Shown here one piece after another: positions 17,790 to 27,949 of a DNA stretch of 37,711 nt. A program made the translations under genes and the position numbers. The notes beneath the pieces are model-generated. The model did no database searches and had not been told where the DNA came from. It was given only the letters and a program-made list of their open reading frames with translations. Every line of letters begins with the position of its first letter. The first letter of the stretch is position 1. The stretch spans positions 1 to 37,711 of the forward strand of contig CAYTSF010000004.1 of assembly GCA_964440335.1 (NCBI GenBank), written 5' to 3'. The stretch is from an uncultured Leptospirales bacterium (lineage in GTDB: Bacteria; Spirochaetota; UBA4802; UBA5550).

Positions 17790-20012
17790 ATGAAAATATT
17801 CAGGTTTCTCGCGAGGAATATCAGCTATACTTTTGCAATAGCTTTTTTCGTAAGTATCGCGGCATGGCTGGAGGGGGCCATATGCTATACAATAGCCAGT
17901 GCCTTCGTGCTTTCTTCATACGATAAAATAATAAAGATATTCATACAATGGCTTCCTCTCATACTCATGATCACAACCGCCCTGTACTATATCTTTTACG
18001 GGTTCCTCACCCCGGCAGGTATCCCTGCTGTTATGCCCAAACACAGGGAGATCAACAGGATATACAAAAACAGGCTTGAATACGATGAAAACCATGGTAA
18101 AAGCATATATGACAGTTTTTCGGACCTTGTGATGAATTTTACAACATCAGCAGCATTCTACACTGTTTTTATCGCATTCGCAATGGCTGCCGTGGGATTC
18201 ATTAAATATTATCTCCTGCATGATATTACTTATATTGAACTCAAATATATCATAAAAATGACCGTGCTTGCAGAAATTATTCTCATGCTTATCCTTTGTA
18301 TGACTGTATACCTCATGTCGGAATTCGTTACGAACAATGAACGCGCAACCATTTTTAACGATATACTAAAAAAAGGAACACTCATCAAGCCGCACGCCCT
18401 GATTAACGTTGGTATTAACTTTGTTTTTTTCGTCATCATATCTATGATTATTATTTTTACGTTTGCAGCCATAACCGAAAGGTTCAAGTTTCTCGGCGAG
18501 AGCTACAACCTGCCTGTTATTCTTTTTCTCACGATATCGGTTCTTGGTTCACTATACTTCGCCAGGGTAAATGCCTATTCCATACTGCGGATTCTCAGGG
18601 ACATGTCGCGTGTCACCCGTGAAATTGCTTCAGGCCACAGGGCCGGTTTCCAGGTACTTTCACTTGGCAGGGAATTCTCAACCATCGAATACGCCCTCAT
18701 GGAGATGGCATGGGAAATTGACGAACACAGGAAGAACCTGGAGCTGAAGGTACAGGAAAGGACTGAGGAACTTGAAAAGGCCATGAACAACCTGAAGCAC
18801 AGGGACGAGCAGATTCAGAAACAGCTCGACATGGCCAGCGTTATTCAGAGGAGTATTCTGCCCACCAGGATCGATGACTGGAACGAACTTAAATTTTCCG
18901 TAAAATACAACGCCATGGAAAAAATCGGCGGTGACTTTTATGACGTATTCCAGCTCAAGGACAACAAGATAGGCATCATGATGTCTGACGTATCCGGCCA
19001 CGGTATACCAGCCGCGCTCATCACATCCATGGCGAAAATCTCATTCGGGAACGCGGGAAGCCTTTTCGATTCACCAAGAAGGATTTTCCAGGAGGTAAAC
19101 AAGACAATCATCGACCATATGAAAACCCAGGACTACCTTACATGCTTCATGGTCGCGGTTGATGATGATTATAACGTTACATATTCAAATGCCAGCCACC
19201 AGAAAGCAATAATCATGCGCGCAGATTCAGGTAAAATTGAATACCTGGATACAAACGGCCTGTTCATTGGGGCCCTGGAGGAAGCAAGGGACACATACGA
19301 AGAAAAAATTACAAAGCTTGAATATGGCGACCGGCTTATCCTTTACACTGACGGAATTCCTGAAGCGCAGAACAGAGACAAGCAGGAGTATTCCCATGAA
19401 CGCTTTGAAAACAGCATCATGTCCAACCGGGAACTGCACGGCGATGATTTTACAGAGGCCATACTCCATGACGTTAAATCCTTTATCGGTGAGATCGGGG
19501 CTATAGACGATATTTCGCTCCTTGTAATTGAACTGGTATGGGATGAGGCCATTGACATCGTAAAAAATGCAAAGAAACAGATTACCAACCACAAGTACCT
19601 TGAAGCAATCGAGATACTTGAAAACGGCCTTGTGAAATACCCCGATAACATGAAGATACTTTATAACCTTGCAAAAAATTATTTCAGAGTAAACAACTAC
19701 AGCAAATCGATCAAGATCATGGAGGACTACCTGCAGCGGGACACGCGCAACAAGTTTGCCTATTACATATGCGGCGCGTCATATTACCAGATGCTCGATT
19801 TTAAAAATGCCTCGGAGAACTTTAACCTCGCCCTGGCCATTGATCCGAACATGACAAACGCGCTCTTTGCCCTTGCCATGACCTACAAGAACATGAATGA
19901 ATACGATTTTGCTATTCAGACATTTGAAAAGGTTGTAAACATTGAATCAGACAACAAGATGGCACTTTTTGAAATCCGCCAGATAGAAAAACTGAAGAAC
20001 CAGCCGGCCTGA
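17790..20012 (+). CDS. Membrane sensor phosphatase: multi-TM N-terminus, HAMP-like linker and coiled coil, PP2C/SpoIIE domain, C-terminal TPR repeats
   Basis: About 6-8 TM helices in residues 1-270. ASVIQRSILP, GGDFYDVF, MSDVSGHGIPAALITS and LILYTDGIPEA are SpoIIE/RsbU-type motifs. The C-terminal ~150 aa have TPR signatures (AIEILENGL..YNLAKNYF..YYICGASYY..LALAIDPN). Confidence 0.8.
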   Translation: MKIFRFLARNISYTFAIAFFVSIAAWLEGAICYTIASAFVLSSYDKIIKIFIQWLPLILMITTALYYIFYGFLTPAGIPAVMPKHREINRIYKNRLEYDENHGKSIYDSFSDLVMNFTTSAAFYTVFIAFAMAAVGFIKYYLLHDITYIELKYIIKMTVLAEIILMLILCMTVYLMSEFVTNNERATIFNDILKKGTLIKPHALINVGINFVFFVIISMIIIFTFAAITERFKFLGESYNLPVILFLTISVLGSLYFARVNAYSILRILRDMSRVTREIASGHRAGFQVLSLGREFSTIEYALMEMAWEIDEHRKNLELKVQERTEELEKAMNNLKHRDEQIQKQLDMASVIQRSILPTRIDDWNELKFSVKYNAMEKIGGDFYDVFQLKDNKIGIMMSDVSGHGIPAALITSMAKISFGNAGSLFDSPRRIFQEVNKTIIDHMKTQDYLTCFMVAVDDDYNVTYSNASHQKAIIMRADSGKIEYLDTNGLFIGALEEARDTYEEKITKLEYGDRLILYTDGIPEAQNRDKQEYSHERFENSIMSNRELHGDDFTEAILHDVKSFIGEIGAIDDISLLVIELVWDEAIDIVKNAKKQITNHKYLEAIEILENGLVKYPDNMKILYNLAKNYFRVNNYSKSIKIMEDYLQRDTRNKFAYYICGASYYQMLDFKNASENFNLALAIDPNMTNALFALAMTYKNMNEYDFAIQTFEKVVNIESDNKMALFEIRQIEKLKNQPA

Positions 20013-20049
20013 TAACCATGATATTCATGCTGCCTGTAAAATTAATATT

Positions 20050-21105
20050 ATGAGTCTGCCGGTTATTAAGGATTTTGATTACAACGGGCTCCTTACAGCT
20101 TTTACTGATATGGGTGAGAAGGAGTACAGGGTCCGCCAGCTCTTCAACTGGATGTATGAAAAAAATATAGAAACTTTTGATGAGATGACCAACTTCTCCA
20201 AGGAACTTCGCAGGAAGCTTTCAGAAACATTTACCCTATCTCCTCTTACACTTGAAGACAGGCTTATCTCAGAAACCGACGGTACTGAAAAATTTCTATT
20301 CCGTACCATGGACAACAATTATATTGAGAGCGTTTTTCTCAGGAATGACGGAACCGATGAGGGCAGGCTCACAATCTGCATATCCTCTCAGATAGGGTGC
20401 CCCATGAACTGCGGGTTCTGTGAAACTGCGAAAATCGGTTTTATCAGAAACCTGTCACCGGGCGAGATACTCGACCAGGTATGCCACGTGCGCCGACTCA
20501 CCGGACTCAAAAACAACAACATCGTTTTCATGGGCATGGGTGAACCGTTTCTTAATTACGACAATGTACTTAAAGCCGCGGACATCATGAACTACACCTT
20601 CGGCTTTCACCTCTCGGTGCGGAAGATCACAATCTCAACCAGCGGGATTCTGCCGGCAATCGAAAGGTACATAGACGAGAAGAGGCCATACAACCTTGCA
20701 CTTTCGCTCAACGATACGCTCCCTGAAAAAAGGGTAGTGCATATGCCCGTAGAAAAAAAATACCCCTTTGAAAAAATTGCAAAGATGCTTGGCGAAAAAT
20801 TCCCTGCTTCAAGAAACAGGCTTACCGTTGAATACATTATGCGAAAAGATAATATATCAGGTGAAGACGCCCGGAGGCTCAAGCGCATGTTCAGATACGC
20901 GCACATAAAGCTCAACCTCATACCGCTCAACCCTGGTAAACACAGCCTGGGTATCCCCGATGAAAAAGAGATTGAAAGTTTTATAAAAGAGCTTGAAATA
21001 ATGAACATACCTGTTTCCATTCGAAAAAGCATGGGCCAGGACATATCAGGTGCGTGCGGGCAGCTGTCGGGCAAAAAGTACAGACGCAACAGCGCAGAGG
21101 AATAG
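20050..21105 (+). CDS. rlmN: 23S rRNA/tRNA (adenine-C2)-methyltransferase, radical SAM
   Basis: YRVRQLFNWMY at the N-terminus, CxxxCxxC cluster (GCPMNCGFC), GMGEPFLNY, and the conserved C-terminal Cys in SGACGQL. Confidence 0.9.
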   Translation: MSLPVIKDFDYNGLLTAFTDMGEKEYRVRQLFNWMYEKNIETFDEMTNFSKELRRKLSETFTLSPLTLEDRLISETDGTEKFLFRTMDNNYIESVFLRNDGTDEGRLTICISSQIGCPMNCGFCETAKIGFIRNLSPGEILDQVCHVRRLTGLKNNNIVFMGMGEPFLNYDNVLKAADIMNYTFGFHLSVRKITISTSGILPAIERYIDEKRPYNLALSLNDTLPEKRVVHMPVEKKYPFEKIAKMLGEKFPASRNRLTVEYIMRKDNISGEDARRLKRMFRYAHIKLNLIPLNPGKHSLGIPDEKEIESFIKELEIMNIPVSIRKSMGQDISGACGQLSGKKYRRNSAEE

Positions 21106-21108
21106 ATT

Positions 21109-23367
21109 ATGGAAAACGTGAAGCAATACCTGCAGGCCATCATGAGATGGATAGTACAGCACTGGAAACTTCTTTTTATCTATATACCGTCTGCTGTTGT
21201 TACCCTGCTCATGGCATATTCGTTTATTGTCTACCTTGAGTGGCGGTCCGACAGGGATGCAGCCATGGAAAGACTCGCGCGGTACAAGATGCTTATTGAC
21301 CGGACAGAGGAGATGAAAAAGGGTTATCCCTATTCACGTAACGAGGTTGAGACAGGCGCTCAGGCTGTAAACATCCCCACAAGAATTTTTGACAGGACCG
21401 GTGACATCATTGGTGAATTCTTTGAAGAGAAGAGGGAGATCGTACCTTTTGATTATATCCCCAAAGCCCTTGTAGAGGGGCTCATCGCCAGCGAGGACAG
21501 GGACTTTTACAGCCATGGAGGCGTAAGCTACTGGGGGATTTTCAGGGCATTCATAAAAAACATAGTAAACTTTCACGTTGTCCAGGGAGGCAGCACCATA
21601 ACCCAGCAGCTTTCCAAGGTGCTCTTTACAAACATGGACCGCAACCTGAAGCGGAAGATATACGAAACATACTGCGCCTGGGAGATCGAGGAGCGGTACG
21701 ATAAGTCCGACATACTGCTCATGTACCTTAACCTCATATATTTCGGAAACGGCGCATACGGCGTTGAGGCTACATCAAAGATGTTTTTCGGACTCTCAGT
21801 TCGCGAGCTGGATGTTGTTGAGTGCGCGATGATCATTGCGACCATATCCAATCCGGCAATATACTCACCGCTGGCAAACCTGGGCAACTCAGTTTCAAAA
21901 ACAAGGCGCATACTTGAATCGCTGAAGGAGACAGGTTACCTCAAGAACCCGGACATTGACCGCATGATGAAGGACTTTTCGAAACGCTGGGGCATTGCAT
22001 ACCAGGACAAACGCGCTGTCAGTTCACGGATCGGCAGTTTTCTCTACAGCTCATACCGGATAAACAGGGCTCCATTCTTCGTTGAGAAGATCAGGCGCGA
22101 CCTCTCTGAAAGATTTGACGAGGCTACGCTCAAGAAGGGCGGGCTGTCAATATACACTACAATTGACGGCGCAAAGCAGGATGTGGCAAACCGCTGTCTG
22201 AAGGCCGGTGTTTTTTCACAGAGAGAGTATCACGTCAGGGCATCTAAAGGATACAAAAAACAGGAGCTTGCCCAGAAGGAGTTTGAGAAGTCGCTGAACA
22301 TCGAGGGCGCGCTGGTTTCGGTAAATCCTCATACTGGTGAAATCATTACATACGTCGGAGGATATGAACTGACCTCGGGCAACCAGAACGATAATGTTTA
22401 CCAGATCAGGCGGCAGCCAGGTTCTTCCATAAAACCGCTGGTATATGCCTCGGCCATTGAGCAGAAGCTCATCACTCCATCGACGGTCCTTATTGATGAG
22501 CCCGTGACATTTGAAAAAAATTATTCTCCGCAGAACTATTCCAAGGAATACATGGGGCCTGTAATCGTGCGTGAAGCCCTTGTAAAGTCCCTTAACACCA
22601 TTGCTGTTATCGTGCTGGATAAAGCAGGCTACGACAGGACGTTCCATTACATATCGGAGTCATTAATGCTTTCGGGCGGTGAAATGGATGACAGGTTCGG
22701 CGAGACGCTTTCATTCGCCCTGGGAGCCTACGAGGTATCACCGCTTGAGGCTGCCGTGCTTCATTCACAGCTTGTCAGCGGGGGTGAGTTCATCATACCA
22801 TATGGCATTCTCCAGGTTAAGGATTACAACGGCGCAGTCCTCTGGGACAATGAAAAAGAGGTCACAGAAAAAATTTCTGAAATGAGGTCAAAGAAGGGCA
22901 GGATCATGGACCCGGGCGCTGCAAGGATCACCCTCTCAATGCTCGAGGGAATAAAAGAAAAATCCTCATCAGCAAACTGGCTTGTGAAAAAATACGGCAT
23001 AACTTTTGACTGTGCGGGAAAAACAGGTACTACAACAAACTATACCGATGCATGGTTTGCGGGTTATACCCAGGACCTTGTAACAATAGTATGGATCGGA
23101 AACAAGACCGGCGCAGTATCACTTGGAAGCGGAAGGTCAGCCAGCGGTATTGCCGCTCCTGTATGGGCTGAGTACACCGCCTCAATATTCAGCGGAACTA
23201 TTCCTGCCTCATTCCCATCGGACATTGACGGCATCACAAGTGAGACTATCTGCCTCGATAGCGGCGAGGTGGCGGGAAGAAACGGTGAATGTCCCAACAC
23301 CGCAGTCCAGTACTTTTATACGGGGAGCGAACCCGGGAAATTCTGTTCAAAACACGTTCAGCAATAG
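21109..23367 (+). CDS. Class A penicillin-binding protein (PBP1A-type transglycosylase/transpeptidase)
   Basis: GT51 motifs EDRDFYSHGG and GGSTITQQLSK. Transpeptidase SxxK (GSSIKP) and KTGTT. Confidence 0.9.
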   Translation: MENVKQYLQAIMRWIVQHWKLLFIYIPSAVVTLLMAYSFIVYLEWRSDRDAAMERLARYKMLIDRTEEMKKGYPYSRNEVETGAQAVNIPTRIFDRTGDIIGEFFEEKREIVPFDYIPKALVEGLIASEDRDFYSHGGVSYWGIFRAFIKNIVNFHVVQGGSTITQQLSKVLFTNMDRNLKRKIYETYCAWEIEERYDKSDILLMYLNLIYFGNGAYGVEATSKMFFGLSVRELDVVECAMIIATISNPAIYSPLANLGNSVSKTRRILESLKETGYLKNPDIDRMMKDFSKRWGIAYQDKRAVSSRIGSFLYSSYRINRAPFFVEKIRRDLSERFDEATLKKGGLSIYTTIDGAKQDVANRCLKAGVFSQREYHVRASKGYKKQELAQKEFEKSLNIEGALVSVNPHTGEIITYVGGYELTSGNQNDNVYQIRRQPGSSIKPLVYASAIEQKLITPSTVLIDEPVTFEKNYSPQNYSKEYMGPVIVREALVKSLNTIAVIVLDKAGYDRTFHYISESLMLSGGEMDDRFGETLSFALGAYEVSPLEAAVLHSQLVSGGEFIIPYGILQVKDYNGAVLWDNEKEVTEKISEMRSKKGRIMDPGAARITLSMLEGIKEKSSSANWLVKKYGITFDCAGKTGTTTNYTDAWFAGYTQDLVTIVWIGNKTGAVSLGSGRSASGIAAPVWAEYTASIFSGTIPASFPSDIDGITSETICLDSGEVAGRNGECPNTAVQYFYTGSEPGKFCSKHVQQ

Positions 23368-23376
23368 GGTAATTAA

Positions 23377-24243
23377 ATGAATAAAACACTGTTAACGGCA
23401 ATACTCATACTTGCGATTTCATGCCTTTCGTTCAGGTGGCCGGTTGATAACGGCAGGCTCACTTCAAATTTCGGTGAATCCCGCGGGGACCATTTCCACG
23501 ACGGCATTGACATGATATCTCAATCTGACAATGTATATCCTGTTGAAAAAGGAAAACTCATCTTTGCATGGAATAAATCAATGTTCCCGCTGCAGAACTA
23601 CTGGGGTGGTGGTAATTATAAAATCATTAAACATGATAGCGGCCTTCTCTCCGTTTACATGCACCTGCAGGATGGTGAATTTCTGAAACCTGAATATGAA
23701 GCCGGAGATGTCATCGGCTATGTTGGCAACACAGGCCATTCATACGGCAGGCATATTCACTTTGCTATACTAGATAACATTAAAAAGATTTCAACCAATC
23801 CTTTCAGTTTTTTACCTGCTTATGAAGACAAACAGCCTCCACAGGTATTGAACCTGTTTATAAGAATCGGAGACAGATATACTCATATCAGAGAAAAATC
23901 CGTCATTAGGCTTACAAAGCATTACCCGCTGCTGATAGAGGCAAGAGATGTTGTTACAGGCAGGGAAAATCTCGGGGTTTACAGGCTGAAGGCTGTTTTC
24001 AACGGCACCGAGGTGCTGAATACAGAATACAGCTCAATCGGCTGGTCAGATAAAGGTCTTACAGTTAAAGGCCAGGTGTTTCCCGAACTGACAGATGAAA
24101 AGGGCTATTACAGGGTCCAGGGCCTGACATATAATGAAGGCGTCAATACACTGACTGTTACCGCATCGGATTTTAACGGCAATACAACAGAGAAAACCTT
24201 TACAATTGATGTTCACCTGGACATTCAGCCCGGTACAAACTGA
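23377..24243 (+). CDS. M23-family metallopeptidase with an extra C-terminal beta-rich domain
   Basis: HxxxD (HFHDGIDM) and HxH (GRHIHF) zinc motifs. Has a signal peptide. Confidence 0.85.
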   Translation: MNKTLLTAILILAISCLSFRWPVDNGRLTSNFGESRGDHFHDGIDMISQSDNVYPVEKGKLIFAWNKSMFPLQNYWGGGNYKIIKHDSGLLSVYMHLQDGEFLKPEYEAGDVIGYVGNTGHSYGRHIHFAILDNIKKISTNPFSFLPAYEDKQPPQVLNLFIRIGDRYTHIREKSVIRLTKHYPLLIEARDVVTGRENLGVYRLKAVFNGTEVLNTEYSSIGWSDKGLTVKGQVFPELTDEKGYYRVQGLTYNEGVNTLTVTASDFNGNTTEKTFTIDVHLDIQPGTN

Positions 24244-24266
24244 TTGAAAATTTTCAGGAGGAGACT

Positions 24267-24695
24267 TTGAGTAACCTGCTTCCAGTTGTCAGGAGAACCA
24301 AGCGTGTAACCCAGCGGGACCTGGCAAAAGCCCTTGATATTTCACCTTCATACCTTTGCAAGATAGAGAAGGGTTTCATAATGCCTGACGATAATTTTAA
24401 AAACTCCTGTGCTGCAATACTCGGTGAACCGGTTGCAATCATATTCCCCTGTGAAAATCCGGCGGATAGCGAAACGGTGAATTCATTGTTCCTGAACAAC
24501 CTGTGGGCAGTCAGGAATAAAAAAAACATACGCCAGAACAAGATGGCAGAGATGCTCGGGTGTTCCCCATCATACCTTTCAAGGATCGAAAACGGAACAC
24601 AGTGCCCCAGCGAAGTATTCAAAAAAAAATGTGCCCGGATACTGAAAACAAAGGCATCCGAACTGTTTCCTGACATAAAACCGGTAATTTTATGA
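24267..24695 (+). CDS. XRE-family protein with two tandem helix-turn-helix domains
   Basis: Two HTH_3-like units: TQRDLAKALDISPSYLCKIEKG and RQNKMAEMLGCSPSYLSRIENG. AGGAGGA lies 4 nt upstream of the TTG start. Overlaps the next gene by 4 nt. Confidence 0.8.
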   Translation: MSNLLPVVRRTKRVTQRDLAKALDISPSYLCKIEKGFIMPDDNFKNSCAAILGEPVAIIFPCENPADSETVNSLFLNNLWAVRNKKNIRQNKMAEMLGCSPSYLSRIENGTQCPSEVFKKKCARILKTKASELFPDIKPVIL

Positions 24696-25951
24696 ATAAT
24701 CTTTTTTTTCACTTATTCACCCCGCTTTTGCTTCTCATGCTTTCGGCAATGTTTTCAGGAACCGAGGCGGCGTTCTTCTCGTTGAAAAAATCTGACCTTT
24801 ACAGGCTTTCGCGTTCACAGAAAACAGGAGAAAAGAGAATCGCAAGGTATATGTCAGAACCTGACAAGCTGCTTATAACGCTGCTTATGGGGAACCTTTT
24901 TGTTAACCTGATGCTCACTGCACTTGTTACGAGCTTCCTGCTTGACCGTTTCGGCCACTACGGTCATTTTGTATCAATTGGTTTAATCACACCTGTTATA
25001 ATTCTTCTAGGTGAGATAACGCCAAAAATACTCGCTATCCATTCATATCTCAGTGTTACAAGGTTTCTTTTCCCAATATTCAGGATATTCCATAAAATAC
25101 TCACCCCCTTGAGGTTTTTTATCATTTTTATCACTGATATCGTAATCAGGGTATTCAACCTGAACCTGGCTCACAGTCTGCTCACTGCCGATGAACTTGG
25201 TTATGTGGTGAGTTCAGGCGAGAAACAGGGGCTTATCGATAAAAAAGAGAGCGATATAATTAAAAACGTTATCAGGTTTTCAAACCGCGAAGCAGCGAAT
25301 ATTATGTACCCGAGAAACCAGGCCATTTTTATTCATGAGGATTACACCATCAGGGAAGCAATGGAGGTAATCATCGAAAACGATATAGTACGTGTGCCGG
25401 TTTACAGGAATGATATTGATGATATTATAGGAATGATAGACTCAAGGGACATCATGTCTTCATACCTGGGTTACAGGAAGAAAAAATATGTGAAGGAATT
25501 CATAACACCGGTTAATTTCTATCCTTTTTCAAAAGACCTCAATGAACTGCTTCAGGATTTTCTCCAGGCAAAGATACAGCTTGCGATAATCGTCGATGAA
25601 TACGGCGGGACAGCCGGTGTCGTCACGCTTAACACGATCCTCTCCTCGCTGCTGGGCAGGGACTTCAGCAAGTGGGAACAGTATAAAAAAAGCGAGATAA
25701 GGGCCATCGAAAATAACCGCTTCATTGTACCCGGTGACGTCCAGCTGGATGAGTTTAACACTTTTTTTTCGACAGAGCTGGCAAGCAACAATTCAGATAC
25801 CATCGGAGGCCTGATTCTTGAAAAGATGAACAACTTTCCGTCACGCGGTGATGTTATTAAAATAGATAACCTTGAAATACGCATAAGAAATATTGTTAAA
25901 AGAAATATCCGATCTGTTGAAATAATCAGATCGGAAGCGGATGGTGAGTAG
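24692..25951 (+). CDS. CNNM/CorC/HlyC-family transporter (DUF21 TM domain, CBS pair, CorC_HlyC), paralog 1
   Basis: N-terminal 4-TM domain with the SGTEAAFFS motif, a CBS-pair region (..VRVPVY..), and a C-terminal transporter-associated domain. Confidence 0.85.
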   Translation: MNNLFFHLFTPLLLLMLSAMFSGTEAAFFSLKKSDLYRLSRSQKTGEKRIARYMSEPDKLLITLLMGNLFVNLMLTALVTSFLLDRFGHYGHFVSIGLITPVIILLGEITPKILAIHSYLSVTRFLFPIFRIFHKILTPLRFFIIFITDIVIRVFNLNLAHSLLTADELGYVVSSGEKQGLIDKKESDIIKNVIRFSNREAANIMYPRNQAIFIHEDYTIREAMEVIIENDIVRVPVYRNDIDDIIGMIDSRDIMSSYLGYRKKKYVKEFITPVNFYPFSKDLNELLQDFLQAKIQLAIIVDEYGGTAGVVTLNTILSSLLGRDFSKWEQYKKSEIRAIENNRFIVPGDVQLDEFNTFFSTELASNNSDTIGGLILEKMNNFPSRGDVIKIDNLEIRIRNIVKRNIRSVEIIRSEADGE

Positions 25952-27205
25952 ATGCAGGATTTCATACCCTACTATTTTATAACAGGTTTGTGCATGTTGT
26001 TCTCGGTTTTTTTTTCAGGTATCGAAACTGCCATAATCTCTGCCCGCCGCCTTACAATAGAAACCCTGAACAACAAAGGTAACAAGGGTGCGCACCGTGG
26101 AATTTATATCCTGGACCATGTCGAGGAGGCCATTGGAATGGTGCTCATCGGCAACAATATCGTCAATATTTCCGCCTCAGCATTTATCACCTATATACTC
26201 ACAAAGGGATATATGCTTAATGATACAGGTATTATAATAGCTACTGTCATCGAGACCATTGTACTCCTGCTTTTTTGTGAGATTGTGCCGAAGATCATAT
26301 CAAAATCAAACTCCGAGTCATTTCTGATCTTTTTTTCATTTCCAATAATCCTGCTCATGAGAGTATTAAAACCACTTGTAATTGTTTCGCTCTCATTTAC
26401 CGAGTTTATAAAAAAACGCTTTGACATGGATTCAAAAAAAACAGGACTGCTCAATTCCCGCGAAGATATAGCAACCTACTTTTCAATAGGGCACAAGGAG
26501 GGGATCATTGACCTGGACAACAAGTTCTATGTATCCGAAATCCTCTCCTTCAGAGAAACCCAGGTTTACGAGGTGATGATTCCCTTTCAGGACGCGGTAG
26601 TAATTGAAATAGAGAGTCCGATCCGGGAACTGGTAAGTCTTGTGGAAAAAACAAAATTTTCCCGTATACCTGTTTATCGTGATATTAAGGAAAATGTATG
26701 CGGCTATGTGTATTACAGGGACATTTTTAAAGGGAATGTGAAAACAGTATCTGAAATCCTCCATAAACCTGTTTTTATACCTGAGACTAAAAACATCTTC
26801 GAACTCTATATTGACATGACCCGCCGCAGGATACCGATGGTATTCGCGGTCAATGAATATGGCGACACATCCGGTTTCCTTACTGTCGAGGACATAGCCG
26901 AGGAGATTGTGGGCGACATTGATACCGCAGACCACTCGGTTGAGGATTCAATAATAAAAATCAATGACAGGAAATATTCCCTGAGCGGAAGGCTTGACAT
27001 AGACTATTTCATCCGTTACTTCAATATTAATATCCGGAAAAAACATTTTGAAACTCTGGCAGGTTTTTTAATCAGCCTGAATGGCGATATCCCCTCAAAA
27101 GGGGACCATATCAGGTACGAAGATTGTGAATTCATCATTGATGAGATAAGCCAGAGGCGGATTGAAAAAGTTCAGCTGATTCTCCCCAGGGGGAAAAAGA
27201 AATAA
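25952..27205 (+). CDS. CNNM/CorC/HlyC-family transporter, paralog 2
   Basis: Same architecture (SGIETAIIS, SRIPVY, EDIAEEIVGDI). The start abuts the stop of paralog 1 (0-nt gap). Confidence 0.85.
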   Translation: MQDFIPYYFITGLCMLFSVFFSGIETAIISARRLTIETLNNKGNKGAHRGIYILDHVEEAIGMVLIGNNIVNISASAFITYILTKGYMLNDTGIIIATVIETIVLLLFCEIVPKIISKSNSESFLIFFSFPIILLMRVLKPLVIVSLSFTEFIKKRFDMDSKKTGLLNSREDIATYFSIGHKEGIIDLDNKFYVSEILSFRETQVYEVMIPFQDAVVIEIESPIRELVSLVEKTKFSRIPVYRDIKENVCGYVYYRDIFKGNVKTVSEILHKPVFIPETKNIFELYIDMTRRRIPMVFAVNEYGDTSGFLTVEDIAEEIVGDIDTADHSVEDSIIKINDRKYSLSGRLDIDYFIRYFNINIRKKHFETLAGFLISLNGDIPSKGDHIRYEDCEFIIDEISQRRIEKVQLILPRGKKK

Positions 27206-27208
27206 TCA

Positions 27209-27556
27209 TTATCTCGAGAGCATGGGGCCAAGAGAATCCTTCCCTCCGAGCAAATGAAGGTGCAGGTGTAAAACCTCCTGCCCGGCCGCCCTGCCATTGT
27301 TAAGGATAAGCCTGTACCCGGTGCTGACCAGCGATCCTGTTTTTGCTATATCCTTTGCGGCAAGGAACATCTCTGACAGGTACCCGCTGTCAGCTACAGT
27401 TGCCGATTCAAGGTTCTCTATATGTTTCTTCGGCACAATCAGAATATGTTCCGGGGCTGCGGGATTGATGTCCCTGAACGCATAAATTTTATCAGATTCA
27501 AAAATCTTTTCAGATGGAATTTCGCCTGAAATTATTTTACAGAATATGCAGCTCAT
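27209..27556 (-). CDS. HIT-family (histidine triad) nucleotide hydrolase
   Basis: MSCIFCKIISGEIPS N-terminus and histidine triad HLHLHLLGG. AGGAGA RBS. A TGgTATAAA extended -10 candidate lies on the minus strand at 27619-27627. Confidence 0.9.
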   Translation of the reverse strand: MSCIFCKIISGEIPSEKIFESDKIYAFRDINPAAPEHILIVPKKHIENLESATVADSGYLSEMFLAAKDIAKTGSLVSTGYRLILNNGRAAGQEVLHLHLHLLGGKDSLGPMLSR

Positions 27557-27660
27557 ATTATCTCCTGTTTAAATAAACACTTTATTTGAACATGATGCAA
27601 TGTAAAAAACTTTAATATTTTATACCATTCATAAAGTGGATTTACACCTGATTATATGTA

Positions 27661-27685
27661 CTCCGCCCGCCATAGGCGGGCGGAG
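27661..27685. repeat. Perfect 11-bp GC-rich palindrome or hairpin in an AT-rich divergent spacer
   Basis: CTCCGCCCGCC (27661-27671), ATA, GGCGGGCGGAG (27675-27685). No U-tract on either strand. Confidence 0.7.
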
Positions 27686-27768
27686 ATAATGCAACTGTGA
27701 AATACCAATTTATTATCGATATAGATATACCCGTTTTCATTTAAATTCAATAACAATATTTTAAGTAA

Positions 27769-27806
27769 TTGAAAAAAAAATAAATACTGTAATAATTGTA
27801 AAAAAC
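27769..27806 (+). promoter_or_regulatory. Copy 2 of the shared upstream element, readable as a sigma-70 promoter with an extended -10
   Basis: TTGAAA (27769-27774), 16-nt spacer, TGt-AATAAT (27788-27796). AATAAATACTGTAATAATTGTAAAAAAC (27779-27806) matches 7075-7102. Confidence 0.4.
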
Positions 27807-27921
27807 GTCAGTAATTATTTCTTAAAATACTTTTCTCTGTAATAATGATATTTTCAATTGCCCGCTGCCCCGGGTGGCGGACCAATTAGAGCAATTTATT
27901 CCAAAAAAAGTTAAGGAATTA

Positions 27922-27949
27922 TTACTGAAAAAATGTATATTGATAAAAT
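27922..27949 (+). promoter_or_regulatory. Alternative proximal promoter candidate for the STAS-like/HD-GYP pair
   Basis: TTACTG (27922-27927), 16-nt spacer, TGa-TAAAAT (27941-27949). GGAG at 27961-27964 and ATG at 27971. Confidence 0.35.

Noticed and set aside
24254-24712. 152-aa minus-strand ORF mirroring the XRE gene.
   Set aside because: The plus frame encodes two clean HTH_3 units and has an AGGAGGA RBS. The minus frame has no recognisable features.
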